Assembly (NCBI GenBank): GCA_963706045.1
Contig: CAVPLY010000014.1
Coordinates: forward strand, 20,656 to 84,655
Reading direction: 5' to 3'
Source: an uncultured Actinomycetota bacterium
Lineage (GTDB): Bacteria > Actinomycetota > Actinomycetes > JAHEKZ01
DNA: 64,000 nt
Part shown: in pieces, positions 25,494 through 36,459 of the stretch
How positions within the stretch are numbered: position 1 is the stretch's first letter
Layout: each line of letters opens with the position of its first letter
The notes under the pieces: model-generated
Databases searched by the model: none
The model's input: the letters and a program-made list of their open reading frames with translations, nothing else
What the model was told of the DNA's origin: nothing
Position numbers and translations under genes: made by a program

Positions 25494-27574
25494 GCGGCTG
25501 CCTTTCCGGTGGCCTCGATCGTCGGCAGCAGCTTGGCGCCGAGTGACTGGTAGAACATGCTCAGCGGGAACTCGTCGGGGTTCACCAGGTTCACCCACGA
25601 CTTGTGGTCGGCCTCGTCACGCCCGGCACGTGCCTCCGGCGTCCACTGCGAACCGAGGTTCGGTTGGACGTACTTGCTCACCAGATCGTGAGCGGCGATC
25701 CAGTAGCGCACCTTCGAGCTGCTGATCCCCGTGCGGTACAGCGCCTCGATCTCAAGACGCAGCCCGTCCACAGCTTCGGGCAGCCGCGCCCAGTCGATGG
25801 TCAAGGTGTTGTTGCGCCACGTGAGAACCCCTTGCCCGTGCAGGTAGCCGAAGAGAATCTGGCCCGACAGGCCGTCGTAGTTGCGCACGCGTCCGCCGGT
25901 GAGCGGGAAGCGGAAGAGACGGTCGAACAGGACGCCGTACTGCACGTACTCGGCGAACGGGAACTCTGCTGACAGCTCGCCAGCCTGGTGGAACGCGGTG
26001 AGGTCGCAGCGGAGCTCTTCGAGCGAGTACATCCAGAACGGCAGGCGCTGACGAATCATGAACGGGTCGAAGGGGAGTTCGCCGTGGCTGTGCGCACGGT
26101 CGTGGATGAGGTCCCAGAGCTCGAACATGTCGCGGGTCATCGGCTCGCTGGCCAGCAGCGCTGAGACCGACGGCGGGAGCTCGAGCCCGGTGATCTGCAC
26201 GGCTTCGCCGACGACGCTCTGGTAGCGGGCGGCTTCGCGGTCGCAGAAGATGCCGCCGAAGGTGTTGGCGGCCTCACCGATGACGCTGATCGTCTCGGGG
26301 AAGAAGACCGCGCACTCGCTGTCGTAGCCAGCTGTGTTGTCGACCAGGTGTACCGGCACGAACTTGTCGTTGGCGAACTCGGTGGCCTCGAGCTCGGCAA
26401 TCCACTCGGGCCACGGCACGCGAACGATGAGTGCCTCAAAGCGAACGTCGAGCGACCCGTTGGGGGTGTACATCGGGAAGAACGCCAGGTGCTCGACGCC
26501 GTTCGCGCGCTGCAGCTCGGGACGGAAGAGCGAAAGCGCGGGGCCGAAGTTCGGCTTGGCGCATCCATCGTCGATCCAGGTGTTCAGGTCGACGACGGTC
26601 TGCTTCAGGTAGTCGGCCTGGTGGGGGAAGTGCAGAGCCAGGCCTTCGAGGGCGGTACCGACCCGGGCGGCGATGGCTTTCACCTCGTCGACGGGAGTGA
26701 CCGCCAGGTCGATGGTCGCGTCGGCCGCCTGCAGCGCCCTGAGTTCTTCGGTCGCAGCCTTGAGCGCCAACCAGTTCGGGTCAGCGGCCGCAGCAGACGT
26801 GGCGTGGTCGACCTGCGAGGCGAAGGTCGGAAGGGCGGCCCAGTAGGCCATGTTCGCCCACAGCTGGGCATGGTCGAAGTCATCGATGCAGTCGTCACCG
26901 AAGAGGTCTGAGTCGGCCGAGACGACGATGCGCCCCTGGCCAAGGGTCGTGGCAGCGAGCAGCGGAGCCCCCGCAGGTGCCGCGGTGGCGCTCGACCGTG
27001 CCAGCACGGTGGCCCCGTCGCCGGCGTCCAGCGAGCCAGCGCGGTAGAAGACCAGCTCATCGACGTCCGACAGCACGGGGTGTCGCGCCGTCAGCTCCGA
27101 GGAGACCCAGCTGGGAGCTTGGTGATGACGCTGGTAGTCCTGCACGGTGCCGTGTTCGACCGTGACGCCGAATCCGGCGGCGATGTCGCCGAGGTTCGAG
27201 TCGTACTTGTCCTGCTCTGACTCCGCGAGGATGACCAGGCCGCCACCTGCCTCGACGAAGTCGCGAATCGCCGCGACCTCGTCGGCGTCGTAGCGTGCCG
27301 AGCCCACGCCGGTGGTCGCCTCGAACTTCGGGTCGCTGGCATGCGGCAGGACCAGCAGCGAGATGCCGGACAGAACGTCGGAGGTGAGTCGGCCCTCGGT
27401 GAGGGGTTCGACCACGAAGTCGCGACGCCTCAGCAGGTCGGCCGCCTTGGCGTACGAGCTGTCGCCGGGGTGTGAGGGCTGCATGCGTGCTGCGACCTCT
27501 GGCCGAATCGACCAGGCCTGCTGGTGGGACTCGTCGACGAGGACTCGGACGGAGGCGGGACGAACAACGGACAC
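25490..27574 (-). CDS. Large conserved protein of unknown function (694 aa)
   Basis: GTG 27574 behind GAGGAG. The N-terminal ~250 aa looks like a GATase1/ThuA-type fold (LLVLPHASDP...AIRDFVEAGGGLVILAES). The C-terminal ~440 aa carries the His-rich WDLIHDRAHSHGELPFDPFM. First gene of a 4-gene overlapping operon. Confidence 0.7.
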   Translation of the reverse strand: MSVVRPASVRVLVDESHQQAWSIRPEVAARMQPSHPGDSSYAKAADLLRRRDFVVEPLTEGRLTSDVLSGISLLVLPHASDPKFEATTGVGSARYDADEVAAIRDFVEAGGGLVILAESEQDKYDSNLGDIAAGFGVTVEHGTVQDYQRHHQAPSWVSSELTARHPVLSDVDELVFYRAGSLDAGDGATVLARSSATAAPAGAPLLAATTLGQGRIVVSADSDLFGDDCIDDFDHAQLWANMAYWAALPTFASQVDHATSAAAADPNWLALKAATEELRALQAADATIDLAVTPVDEVKAIAARVGTALEGLALHFPHQADYLKQTVVDLNTWIDDGCAKPNFGPALSLFRPELQRANGVEHLAFFPMYTPNGSLDVRFEALIVRVPWPEWIAELEATEFANDKFVPVHLVDNTAGYDSECAVFFPETISVIGEAANTFGGIFCDREAARYQSVVGEAVQITGLELPPSVSALLASEPMTRDMFELWDLIHDRAHSHGELPFDPFMIRQRLPFWMYSLEELRCDLTAFHQAGELSAEFPFAEYVQYGVLFDRLFRFPLTGGRVRNYDGLSGQILFGYLHGQGVLTWRNNTLTIDWARLPEAVDGLRLEIEALYRTGISSSKVRYWIAAHDLVSKYVQPNLGSQWTPEARAGRDEADHKSWVNLVNPDEFPLSMFYQSLGAKLLPTIEATGKAAA

Positions 27575-27690
27575 GACAACTCCTCAGGCGGTGGGAAGAA
27601 GAACCTTTCAATGCTCGCCAGAGAGGCGATTCTTCGGCTCTTACTCTATCTGACCGGAAGATCGCCCGCCAAATCGTCTTCGGTGTCTAA

Positions 27691-27864
27691 TCAGTCGTCG
27701 TCGTCGATCCGGGCCAGAAAGGTGGCGAACCGCTCGACGGGCACCTCGAAGTCAGGGTTCAGGTCGACGAACGCCTGAAGCTGGTCGGCGAGCCAGGCGA
27801 AACTGACGTGTTCGTCTCCGCGGCGGGCCACCAGCTCTTCGATACCGCGATCGGTGAAGTACAC
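27691..27864 (-). CDS. Small conserved protein with acidic tail (57 aa; DUF6104-like)
   Basis: GTG 27864, 7 nt after the kgd stop. VYFTDRGIEELVARRGDEHVSFAWLADQLQAFVDLNPDFEVPVERFATFLARIDDDD. High GC3. Below the ORF-track cutoff. Confidence 0.5.
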   Translation of the reverse strand: MYFTDRGIEELVARRGDEHVSFAWLADQLQAFVDLNPDFEVPVERFATFLARIDDDD

Positions 27865-27870
27865 AGCGCC

Positions 27871-30800
27871 CTAAGACGCGGAGAAGGCGCGCTCGACGAG
27901 GTCGCGCTGCTCGCGCTCATGGGCGTGATGCGAACCCGTCGCAGGGGACGAGCTGGCCGGCCGGGTGATAGGCCGGATGGGCTGACCGAGTGCCTCGGTG
28001 AGAGCCAGCCCCATGAAAGGCCAGGCTCCCTGGTTCGCCGGTTCTTCCTGCACCCAGCGCAGCTCGGCGTGGCCGAACTTGGCAATCGCTCGGAACGTCT
28101 CGTTGGTCGGCAACGGGTAGAGGCGTTCCACGCGCACGATGGCGGTGTCGGTCTTGCCTGTCTCTTCGCGGTACTTGAGCAGGTCGTAGTAGACCTTGCC
28201 GCTGCAGAGCAGGACGCGACGCACGCCATCGGCGTCCACGGAGGCGTCGGGGTACACCGGGTTGAAATGCCCTGAGATGAACTCTGAGGTGGCCGACGCC
28301 GACGCCTTGAGGCGCAACATCGACTTCGGCGTGAACACCACGAGTGGACGCTGAACCGGTGAGAGCGCCTGCCACCTCAGCAGGTGGAAGTAGTTGGCCG
28401 GTGTCGTGAGGTTGGCGATCGTCATGTTGTCCTGCGCGCAGAGCTGCAGGAAGCGTTCGATCCGTGCGGATGAGTGGTCGGGGCCTTGCCCCTCATGGCC
28501 GTGGGGGAGCAGGAGGACGAGCCCGGACTGCTGACCCCACTTCTGCTCACCGGGGGCCATGAACTCGTCGATGATCGTCTGGGCGCCGTTGGCGAAGTCG
28601 CCGAACTGCGCCTCCCACAGCACCAGTGCCCCGGGGCGCGCCACGCTGTAGCCGTACTCGAACCCCATCGCCGCGAACTCTGAGAGTGGGGAGTCGTAGA
28701 CGTAGAGCTTGGCGCCCTTCTCGTAGCAGCGCTTGAGCGGCTTGTAGGCCCACCCGGTCTTGCGGTCGATGATGACCATGTGACGTTGACCGAACGTCCC
28801 GCGCCGGGAGTCCTGGCCGGCCAGCCGCACCGAGATGCCGTCGCTGAGAAGAGTTCCGAAGGCCAGCGTCTCGCCCATGGCCCAGTCGATGGTGTCGTCG
28901 GTGATCATCTGGGCGCGACGCTGCAGCTGCGGCGCCAAGCGTGGATGGACGGTGAAGCCGTCTGGCAGCTGGAGCTGCGTCTTGACCACTCGGTCGACGG
29001 CGTCGCGTGAGACGGCAGTGACCACATCGCGTTCGGGGGTCTGCGGCGCCAGCGTCACCTCGCCACGCTGCTCCACCTCGCTGGGGGGCTCGACCGTCTC
29101 ATCGGTGCTCTCGGCGGCCTCGCGGGTTTCACGGAAGACCTTCTCCAGCTGCTCCTGATAGTCGCGCAACGCGCCTTCGGCCTCTTCGACGGTGATGTCG
29201 CCGCGTCCGATCAGCGCTTCGGTGTACAGCTTGCGAGTGGACCGCTTGGCGTCGATCAGGTTGTACATCAGTGGCTGGGTCAGCGAGGGGTCGTCCGCCT
29301 CGTTGTGCCCACGCCGGCGGTAGCAGACGAGGTCGATGACGACGTCCTTCTTGAACGCGCGACGGAACTCGAAGGCTTCCTGGGCAACGCGCACGACGGC
29401 TTCGGGGTCGTCGCCGTTGACGTGGAAGATCGGCGCTTGAACAGCGCGCGCGACGTCAGTGGCGTAGACGCTGGATCGTGCGGCCGCCGGTGCCGTGGTG
29501 AAGCCGACCTGGTTGTTGACGACCACATGAACGGTGCCACCGGTTCGGTAACCACGAAGTTGCGAGAGCTCAAGCGTCTCAGCGACGACGCCCTGCCCGG
29601 CGAAAGCCGCATCGCCGTGCATGAGCACCGGGAGGACGGTGAAGCCAGACTCGCCAAGGCCCAACAGGTCTTGCTTGGCCCGAGCGAATCCTTCGAGAAC
29701 GGGGCTGACGGCCTCGAGGTGGCTGGGGTTCGACACGAGAGACACGTCGATGGTGGATCCGTCCGGCGCAGTGAACGTGCCCTCGGCGCCGAGGTGGTAC
29801 TTCACGTCGCCCGATCCCTGCACTGCCTCAAGGTCGAGGTTGCCCTCGAACTCGCGGAAGATCTGTCCGTACGACTTGCCGACGATGTTGGCGAGCACGT
29901 TGAGTCGCCCTCGGTGTGGCATACCGATCGCGACTTCGTGCAGGCCAGCGCTCGCCGCGGAGGCGATCAGCTCGTCAATCAGGGGGATGACCGACTCGCT
30001 GCCTTCGAGGGAGAAGCGCTTCTGGCCGACGTACTTGGTCTGCAGAAAGGCTTCGAACGCCTCGGCGGCGTTGAGGCGCCGCAAGATATGCAACTGCTCA
30101 GCCGCCGTTGGCCGCTCGTGCGGCCGTTCGAAGCGGGCCTGGATCCACTCACGCTGATCGGGGTCCTGGATGTGCATGTACTCGACGCCGAGCGTGCGCG
30201 CGTACGAGTCGCGAAGCACGCCGAGGATGTTGCGAAGGGTCATGAGCGGCTCGCCACCGAAGCCGCCGGTGGCGAACTCGCGGTCGAGGTCCCAGAGAGT
30301 GAGGCCGTGGTTGACGAGGTCGAGGTCGGGATGCCGCCGCTGCTCGTACTCGAGGGGGTCGGTGTCGGCCATCAGGTGGCCACGCACCCGGTAGGCGTGG
30401 ATCAGCTCTTGGACTCGTGCGGTCTTGTTGACGTCGTCCTCGTGGGACGCCGTGATGTCGGAGACCCAGCGAATGGGCTCGTAGGGGATACGCAGTGCAG
30501 CGAAGACCCCGTCGTAGAAGTCTTCCCCACCAAGCAGCAAGGCATGGATGCGCTTGAGGAACTCACCGGACTGCGCGCCCTGGATGATCCGGTGGTCGTA
30601 AGTGGATGTCAGGGTGAGTGTCTTGCTGACAGCGAGGCGGGCCAGGGTCTCCGGGGACGCCCCCTGGTACTCGGCTGGGTACTCGAGCGCGCCGACGCCG
30701 ACGATGGCCCCCTGCCCCTGCATCAGGCGGGGCACCGAGTGGACCGTGCCGATCGTGCCGGGGTTGGTGAGGCTGATCGTGGTGCCCACGAAGTCATCGA

Positions 30801-31530
30801 CGCTCAGCTTGCCGGCTCGGGCGCGGCGGATCAGGTCTTCGTAGGCCGACCAGAAGCCGGTGAAGTCCAACAGGTCAGCGGCCTTCACCGAAGGAACGAG
30901 CAGCTGACGTGTTCCGTCCGGTTTTGCGAGGTCGATCGCCAGCCCCAGATTGATCCGGTCGGGGTGCGCGATGACCGGCTTGCCATCGAGTTCGGCATAG
31001 CTGGCGTTCATCTCGGGCATGGCCTTGAGGGCGAGCACGGTGGCCCAGGCGATCATGTGGGTGAAGGACACCTTGCCGCCGCGGCTACGCCGGAGGTGGT
31101 TGTTGATCACCGTGCGGTTGTCGATCAGCAGCTTCGCGGGAATCGCCCTGACGCTCGTCGCGGTCGGAACCGCGAGCGAGGCCTCCATGTTGGTGACGAC
31201 GCGGGCCGCCGGGCCGCGCAGAACGGTCGTGTCGACAGCTTCGCTGACCTTCGTGGGGCCCCCAGGAGCAGCCGGCTCGGCGACTGAGGGGGGTGTGACC
31301 GGCGTCGTCGGTGCTGGCGCCGGTTCGATGTGCACGGTCGTCACGTCGTCGGGCGGCGCCGGGATCGCCGACGGCCCACCAGATCCCTCGCTGGGGCGGT
31401 AGTCCTCGAAAAAGCCGTGCCACGCCGGATCGACGGAATCAGGATCAGCCAGGTACTGCTGATACAGCTCGTCGACGAGCCATTGGTTAGGGCCGAACTC
31501 GGTGGATGCTGACTGCTGCTGGGTTGTCAT
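27871..31530 (-). CDS. kgd: Multifunctional 2-oxoglutarate decarboxylase/dehydrogenase E1 (Kgd/SucA)
   Basis: ATG 31530 ([26 protein letters not shown]). N-terminal E2-like acyltransferase segment ([10 protein letters not shown]) fused to a ThDP E1 domain ([37 protein letters not shown]). Confidence 0.9.
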   Translation of the reverse strand: MTTQQQSASTEFGPNQWLVDELYQQYLADPDSVDPAWHGFFEDYRPSEGSGGPSAIPAPPDDVTTVHIEPAPAPTTPVTPPSVAEPAAPGGPTKVSEAVDTTVLRGPAARVVTNMEASLAVPTATSVRAIPAKLLIDNRTVINNHLRRSRGGKVSFTHMIAWATVLALKAMPEMNASYAELDGKPVIAHPDRINLGLAIDLAKPDGTRQLLVPSVKAADLLDFTGFWSAYEDLIRRARAGKLSVDDFVGTTISLTNPGTIGTVHSVPRLMQGQGAIVGVGALEYPAEYQGASPETLARLAVSKTLTLTSTYDHRIIQGAQSGEFLKRIHALLLGGEDFYDGVFAALRIPYEPIRWVSDITASHEDDVNKTARVQELIHAYRVRGHLMADTDPLEYEQRRHPDLDLVNHGLTLWDLDREFATGGFGGEPLMTLRNILGVLRDSYARTLGVEYMHIQDPDQREWIQARFERPHERPTAAEQLHILRRLNAAEAFEAFLQTKYVGQKRFSLEGSESVIPLIDELIASAASAGLHEVAIGMPHRGRLNVLANIVGKSYGQIFREFEGNLDLEAVQGSGDVKYHLGAEGTFTAPDGSTIDVSLVSNPSHLEAVSPVLEGFARAKQDLLGLGESGFTVLPVLMHGDAAFAGQGVVAETLELSQLRGYRTGGTVHVVVNNQVGFTTAPAAARSSVYATDVARAVQAPIFHVNGDDPEAVVRVAQEAFEFRRAFKKDVVIDLVCYRRRGHNEADDPSLTQPLMYNLIDAKRSTRKLYTEALIGRGDITVEEAEGALRDYQEQLEKVFRETREAAESTDETVEPPSEVEQRGEVTLAPQTPERDVVTAVSRDAVDRVVKTQLQLPDGFTVHPRLAPQLQRRAQMITDDTIDWAMGETLAFGTLLSDGISVRLAGQDSRRGTFGQRHMVIIDRKTGWAYKPLKRCYEKGAKLYVYDSPLSEFAAMGFEYGYSVARPGALVLWEAQFGDFANGAQTIIDEFMAPGEQKWGQQSGLVLLLPHGHEGQGPDHSSARIERFLQLCAQDNMTIANLTTPANYFHLLRWQALSPVQRPLVVFTPKSMLRLKASASATSEFISGHFNPVYPDASVDADGVRRVLLCSGKVYYDLLKYREETGKTDTAIVRVERLYPLPTNETFRAIAKFGHAELRWVQEEPANQGAWPFMGLALTEALGQPIRPITRPASSSPATGSHHAHEREQRDLVERAFSAS

Positions 31531-31655
31531 CCTCGCGCTGCTACCCCTCACCGGCGTCGACGTCTCATCAGCCAGGGTATCCCCGTCGGGGTGCAGTGGG
31601 CGGTCGGACGTCCCGTGGGTTTGCGCGAGCCCGCTCCCTACCCGACGGTGGAGCC

Positions 31656-32372
31656 ATGGACCAGACGGGAATCGCCCTTGTCACCGGAGGCAGTCGCGGG
31701 ATTGGCCGGTCGGCCGCCGTCGGTCTCGCCCGCCACGGGTCAACGGTGGTCATCGTCGGCCAGCATCCGGAACGGGTCGCCAAAGCCACCCATGAGCTGG
31801 TGACGTCGGGGCTCGACGTCGTGGGCCATGCCTGCGATGTCTCAGATGCCGAAGCCGTGGCACGGCTGGGCGCTGCCCTCGCAGACCTCGGACCTGTCGA
31901 CGTCCTCGTCAACGCGGCAGCGGTCATGAGCGAGCGAATGTCCAAGACGCTTCGGGCCACGCCCGATGAGTGGCGACGGGTGCTCGACGTGAACCTCATG
32001 GGCGCTGTTCACACGATCGGCCAGTTCGGGCCGGCGATGGCTGAACGACGTCGGGGCCGGGTGATCAACGTGTCGGCGTGCATGGGGCGCTTCACCGGTC
32101 CAGGGCTCGCCGGCGGGCTGGCGCCGTATCGCGTCAGCAAGGGTGCGCTCAACGCCCTCACGCTCAACTTTGCGGCCGAAACCGGATTCGGGCGTCGGGG
32201 GCTCCTCGTCGACGCCATGTGCCCGGCTCACTGCCGTACCGACATGGGCGGTGATGATGCGCCGCGTTCGGCCGACGAAGGCGCCGACACCATCGTGTGG
32301 CTGGCCACCAGGGATGCTGAGGGAGCGCAGACCGGGCGGTTGTGGGAGGACAGGCAGCCGATCCCGTGGTGA
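31656..32372 (+). CDS. SDR-family oxidoreductase
   Basis: ATG 31656 behind [18 protein letters not shown] Rossmann motif and Y-x3-K (YRVSK). Confidence 0.75.
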   Translation: MDQTGIALVTGGSRGIGRSAAVGLARHGSTVVIVGQHPERVAKATHELVTSGLDVVGHACDVSDAEAVARLGAALADLGPVDVLVNAAAVMSERMSKTLRATPDEWRRVLDVNLMGAVHTIGQFGPAMAERRRGRVINVSACMGRFTGPGLAGGLAPYRVSKGALNALTLNFAAETGFGRRGLLVDAMCPAHCRTDMGGDDAPRSADEGADTIVWLATRDAEGAQTGRLWEDRQPIPW

Positions 32373-32378
32373 GCAGCG

Positions 32379-34277
32379 CTAGCTGACCGTCCGGAAGCCG
32401 ACCCTGGCGTCGGCCAGAGATTGCCCGCCCGCCGTTCGAAGTCCAGTCAGGTCGACGCTGTAGACCCGCCCCGCGCCGAGCCCCGAATCAGGGGTGATCG
32501 TGAGGGTCTGGCCGCTCACCGAGACCTCGCGCGACACGGTCAGGCCCGTCTCGCCGTCGATCAGCTGCACGGAGCGCGGGTTGATGCTGTTCGCTGCGAT
32601 GCCAGAGCCCAGGAGCACAGCGATGTCGCCCGAGCGCGACGCTCCGTACGACTCGGGGACGGGGGTGGCCTCGACCAATGTGGGCCTCGGAGCCGAGCCC
32701 ACCTGGACGTCGGCGGCGCTGGCGCCTGCTTGATCGAGTCCCAGGCTGACCGTCGACGGCCAACGCGTCGCTTCGGTGTTGCGCACTCGCACGTAGATGA
32801 CGTCGTCGACCACTGCACGCACGGTCTCCTTGCCGGCACCCGAGCGGTTGTTGGCGTTGTCCAGGCGACCGAACGAGGAGTCGTACATGGCGAGCTCGAT
32901 GTCGCCACGCAGCACTCCCGACCTGGCCGTTCGCATCTTGGCCGTGACGGTGACCTTCGTCGGGGTAGCGACGTCGAGGCGGAACCAACGAGCGGTACCT
33001 TCAGGGTTGGACGTCGGGACGACCGAGTCGCCGCGTAGGGGCCGGGCCGTGACAGGGGTTGTCCCCGACGTCGGACCTGTCGTGCTGACCGAGCTCTTCG
33101 CGCGCCCGCCGACGAGGCCATCGACGTCGATGACCCCGACACCGGTGAACGGATCGGGCCCGACCGGCCCGGCGTCCGCCGCGCCGCGGATCAAGGCAGC
33201 TCGCAGCTTGGACACTGACCAGCGTCGGTGGTCGGAGAGCGCGAGGGCGGCGGCACCGGCCACCAGAGGCGAGGAGAACGAGGTGCCGTCGCCAATCGCA
33301 TAGGAGTCGCGGGGCACGGTCGAGATGATGTCGACGCCGGGTGCCACCACATCGAGCCAGGGACCGTGGTCGGTGAACCACGTCATCCGATCCCTGAGAT
33401 CTGTGGCTCCGACAGCCACGACCTGGCTGTAGGCCGCTGGATACATGGGTCGGGTACCACCACCGTTGCCGCTCGCGGCCACCACCAGCGCACCCTTGCG
33501 TGTGGCGGCGCGCACGGCGTCCTTCAGGATCTGGCTGCTCCGCCCGCCCCCCAGCGAAAGGTTGATGACATCGGCGCCGTTGTTCGCGGCCCAGCGGATG
33601 CCGCGCGAGATGTCGGAGTCGCGGCCGAACCCGCGGGCGTTGAGCACGCGCACCGGCAGGATCGAGGCGCGGCTGACGCCTGCGATGCCGCGACCGTTGT
33701 TGCGCTTGGCGGCGATGACACCTGCCACAAAGGTGCCGTGCCCGTTGGTGTCGGACGCGTTCTTGTCGCCGCTGACGAAGTCGCGTCCTCTCAGCAGCTT
33801 GGGGAGGTCTTCGTGATTCGGGTCGACGCCGGTGTCGACGACGGCCACGGTGACACCACGGCCCGAACTACGCTTCCACGCTGTGTCGATGTCCATGGAC
33901 CTGCGCAGGTACGGCTGGTAGCGGCGGAAGTATGGGTCGCCGAAGGTTCGGCGGAGGTGGTCGATCTGCACCCGGCGGACGCCGGGGCTGGCGGCCAACG
34001 TCGCTCGCGCGTCCGTCAGGTCGTCGATGCCGCGCACCAGGTACCAGTGGCCGCCGAGTGCCTTTGGTGGTCGCGCGGAAACGCGAGCGACGGCACGTCG
34101 TGCGCTGGTGCGAGCAGTGACGTCGGAGGCGTCCAGCTTCACGACCAAACGCTTCGGCGATGGCGCTTTCGCGGAGGACGCGTCGAGCTCAGCCGACGCC
34201 ATCGTTGGTGCGATTGTCGGGATGGCAGCCGCCAACGCCATCGCCAGGACCGCCGTCAGCGCTGACGCAACCTTCAC
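32379..34277 (-). CDS. Secreted S8 subtilisin-like serine peptidase with C-terminal Ig-like domain
   Basis: Signal peptide MKVASALTAVLAMALAAAIPTIAPTMASA. Catalytic triad motifs VAVVDTGVD, HGTFVAGVIAA, GTSFSSPLVAG. The C-terminal ~100 aa is beta-rich (SbsA/Big-like). Confidence 0.85.
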   Translation of the reverse strand: MKVASALTAVLAMALAAAIPTIAPTMASAELDASSAKAPSPKRLVVKLDASDVTARTSARRAVARVSARPPKALGGHWYLVRGIDDLTDARATLAASPGVRRVQIDHLRRTFGDPYFRRYQPYLRRSMDIDTAWKRSSGRGVTVAVVDTGVDPNHEDLPKLLRGRDFVSGDKNASDTNGHGTFVAGVIAAKRNNGRGIAGVSRASILPVRVLNARGFGRDSDISRGIRWAANNGADVINLSLGGGRSSQILKDAVRAATRKGALVVAASGNGGGTRPMYPAAYSQVVAVGATDLRDRMTWFTDHGPWLDVVAPGVDIISTVPRDSYAIGDGTSFSSPLVAGAAALALSDHRRWSVSKLRAALIRGAADAGPVGPDPFTGVGVIDVDGLVGGRAKSSVSTTGPTSGTTPVTARPLRGDSVVPTSNPEGTARWFRLDVATPTKVTVTAKMRTARSGVLRGDIELAMYDSSFGRLDNANNRSGAGKETVRAVVDDVIYVRVRNTEATRWPSTVSLGLDQAGASAADVQVGSAPRPTLVEATPVPESYGASRSGDIAVLLGSGIAANSINPRSVQLIDGETGLTVSREVSVSGQTLTITPDSGLGAGRVYSVDLTGLRTAGGQSLADARVGFRTVS

Positions 34278-35356
34278 CCGCGGCTCTCCAATCCAGTGAG
34301 CGCTGCGACGACCAAGCCACCCAAGGAGGGAAGGTGATAGCCGCCCTCCTGCACGGCGACGGTCGGCAGGCCGAGGGCTGCGAGCTGCTCACCTGCGGAG
34401 CGGTAGCCGCGGTCGGTGATCTGAAGGGGGCTCTCGGGGTCATTGATCGCTGCGTCGACGCCGAGGGAGACGACGAGGGCGGTGGCCCCGTGGGTCTTGA
34501 CGTCATCGACGAGCGAGGCGACACCCTCGAGCCAGTTGTCGTCTGGCGTCCCTTCGGCCAGCGGGATGTTGCGGTTGGTGCCTGTGCCGCTGCCCCGTCC
34601 GGTCTCGTCGGCGTGGCCTACGTAGTGCGGAAACCAGCCGGCGGCAGGGTCGACGTGAACTGACCCGTAGTAGACGTCTGATCGGTCGTAGAAGACCGCC
34701 TGAGTCCCATTGCCGTGGTGCGCGTCGATGTCGACGATCGCCACCCGCTCATGACCCTTGCCTCTGAGAGCCTGCGCGGCGACGGCGGCGTTGTTGAGGT
34801 AGCACGAGCCCCCGTACCCGTTGATGGTGGCGTGGTGCCCAGGCGGGCGACACAGGGCGTAGGCCGTGTCGTGGGCGCCGGAGGCCACCAGGTCGACGGC
34901 GGTGAGTGCGGCGTCGACGGCTCCACGGGCGGCCTCCCAGGTGCCCGGGCCGACCAGCGTCATCGTGTCGTAGGCGTACTGCCCTGCTCTGCCGTGCACC
35001 GCCGCTGGAGAACGCAGCGGCATGCCGCCAAGCATCGCATCGGTCGGGAACACGTAGGGGACCACGCGCTCCTGGCCTGGATCGACCGAGTAGTTGCCCC
35101 GTTGCCACTCGTCCGAGCAGGTGCGCAGCCAGTTGACGAGTCCCGGCGCGTGCACCTGTTCGAGAACGATGTCGTCGTACTCGGACGCCGGGGACACCGG
35201 CGCGCCTGCCTCCTGCAGCGCTGCCACGATCACCTCGGCGCGGGCGGCCACCTCGGTGCCCTCGATGGGGACACCGACCCACACCTCACCCTTCGGATCG
35301 TGAAGGAGACACGCGTCCGACCACACCACCGGAGTCTTGAGAGTCATGTTCGGCAT
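34274..35356 (-). CDS. Histone deacetylase-family amidohydrolase (AcuC/acetylpolyamine type)
   Basis: 360 aa. RPPGHHA, DIDAHHGNGTQ and GGY motifs. The stop overlaps the S8 peptidase start (GTGA). Confidence 0.8.
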   Translation of the reverse strand: MPNMTLKTPVVWSDACLLHDPKGEVWVGVPIEGTEVAARAEVIVAALQEAGAPVSPASEYDDIVLEQVHAPGLVNWLRTCSDEWQRGNYSVDPGQERVVPYVFPTDAMLGGMPLRSPAAVHGRAGQYAYDTMTLVGPGTWEAARGAVDAALTAVDLVASGAHDTAYALCRPPGHHATINGYGGSCYLNNAAVAAQALRGKGHERVAIVDIDAHHGNGTQAVFYDRSDVYYGSVHVDPAAGWFPHYVGHADETGRGSGTGTNRNIPLAEGTPDDNWLEGVASLVDDVKTHGATALVVSLGVDAAINDPESPLQITDRGYRSAGEQLAALGLPTVAVQEGGYHLPSLGGLVVAALTGLESRG

Positions 35357-35365
35357 GATGTCACG

Positions 35366-36448
35366 GTGCCTCGCTTTCGAGATCTAGATGCTGCCATCGG
35401 CGTTCTGCCCACCGGACCGACCAACTCGATGCTCGACGTGCCGGGTGTCGGCGTCGGCCACGCAACCGTCTGGCGTGATGAGCCAGAGCCGCCCGAAGGG
35501 CGTGGCGTCGCACGTACCGGTGTCACGGTGGTCGACCCGGGGGGCGACACCTTCGGATCGCCGATCCCGTTCGGCGCCGTCGCGCTCAACGGCGCCGGTG
35601 AGATGACGGGCTTCATCACGGCGGGTGAGTGGGGACTTCTGGAGTCGCCGATCTTCCTCACGTCAACGATGCAGCTCGGTCGCGTCTACGACGCGGCATG
35701 CCGGCTGCTGATGGCCGAGAACGCCACCATCGGTGTCGACGACGTCATGATCCCGGTGGTGGGTGAGTGCGACGACTCGTTCCTCAACGAAGCCAGGGCG
35801 ATGCAGGTGGAAGAGTCGGACGTGGCCGAAGCGCTCGGCGCAGCCCGCGCAGCTGTCGGCGCGTCCGAGTCGCCAAGAGAAGGCGCGGTGGGGAGCGGCA
35901 CCGGCATGGCGTGCCTTGGCCACAAGGGGGGTATCGGCACCTCGTCTCGGGTTCTGCCGTCGGGCCACACCGTCGCTGTTCTGATCATGTCCAACTTTGG
36001 CGAGTTCGGGCGGCTGACCGTTGACGGCGTCCCGGTCGGACGGAAGATCCCGAACCCGGCCGCTGCAGCACCGGAGGTGCCGGCTGACCCAGGCCCGAAG
36101 GGATCGTGCATCGTCGTCGTGGCCACCGACGCCCCCGTCGACCACGCCGGCTGCGAGCGGCTGGCTCGTCGCGCCGGGCTCGGGCTGGCGCGCACCGGGT
36201 CAACCGCCCACCACGGCAGCGGTGAGATCTTCATGGCCTTCGCCACCGGGCTCCGCGAGAAGCGGGGAGCAGCGTCCGCCGTTTCGCCGGTGGCCGCGCG
36301 CGAGTTTGACCCGCTCTTCGAGGCCGTCGTCGATGCCACCGAGGAGTCAGTGCTCAACTCGATGTTGGCCGCTCCGACGGTCATCGGACGCCGCGGCAAC
36401 ACCTTGTACGGACTCGACGCCTCGGTGGTGCGCGACCTCCTGCGCTAG
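35366..36448 (+). CDS. P1/DmpA-family aminopeptidase (Ntn hydrolase)
   Basis: GTG 35366. GPTNSMLDVPGVGVGHAT, GAGEMTG, GSGTGM, TDAPV and HHGSGEIF motifs. The upstream 217 codons of the listed 577-aa ORF are antisense to the HDAC gene. Confidence 0.75.
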   Translation: MPRFRDLDAAIGVLPTGPTNSMLDVPGVGVGHATVWRDEPEPPEGRGVARTGVTVVDPGGDTFGSPIPFGAVALNGAGEMTGFITAGEWGLLESPIFLTSTMQLGRVYDAACRLLMAENATIGVDDVMIPVVGECDDSFLNEARAMQVEESDVAEALGAARAAVGASESPREGAVGSGTGMACLGHKGGIGTSSRVLPSGHTVAVLIMSNFGEFGRLTVDGVPVGRKIPNPAAAAPEVPADPGPKGSCIVVVATDAPVDHAGCERLARRAGLGLARTGSTAHHGSGEIFMAFATGLREKRGAASAVSPVAAREFDPLFEAVVDATEESVLNSMLAAPTVIGRRGNTLYGLDASVVRDLLR

Positions 36449-36459
36449 CGTTCTGGCTC

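Noticed and set aside
29305-31287. 660-aa plus-strand ORF antisense to kgd (also 33228..34265 antisense to the S8 peptidase, 44513..45568 antisense to the LLM oxidoreductase, 49535..50584 antisense to the secreted paralogs)
   Set aside because: No domain signatures and composition dominated by G/R/V/D. The opposite strand encodes strongly supported proteins.
34715-35365. Upstream 217 codons of the listed 577-aa ORF containing the DmpA-type peptidase
   Set aside because: This part is antisense to the HDAC-family gene and is R/G-rich. The family-typical N-terminus (GPTNSMLDVPGVGVGH) follows GTG 35366.
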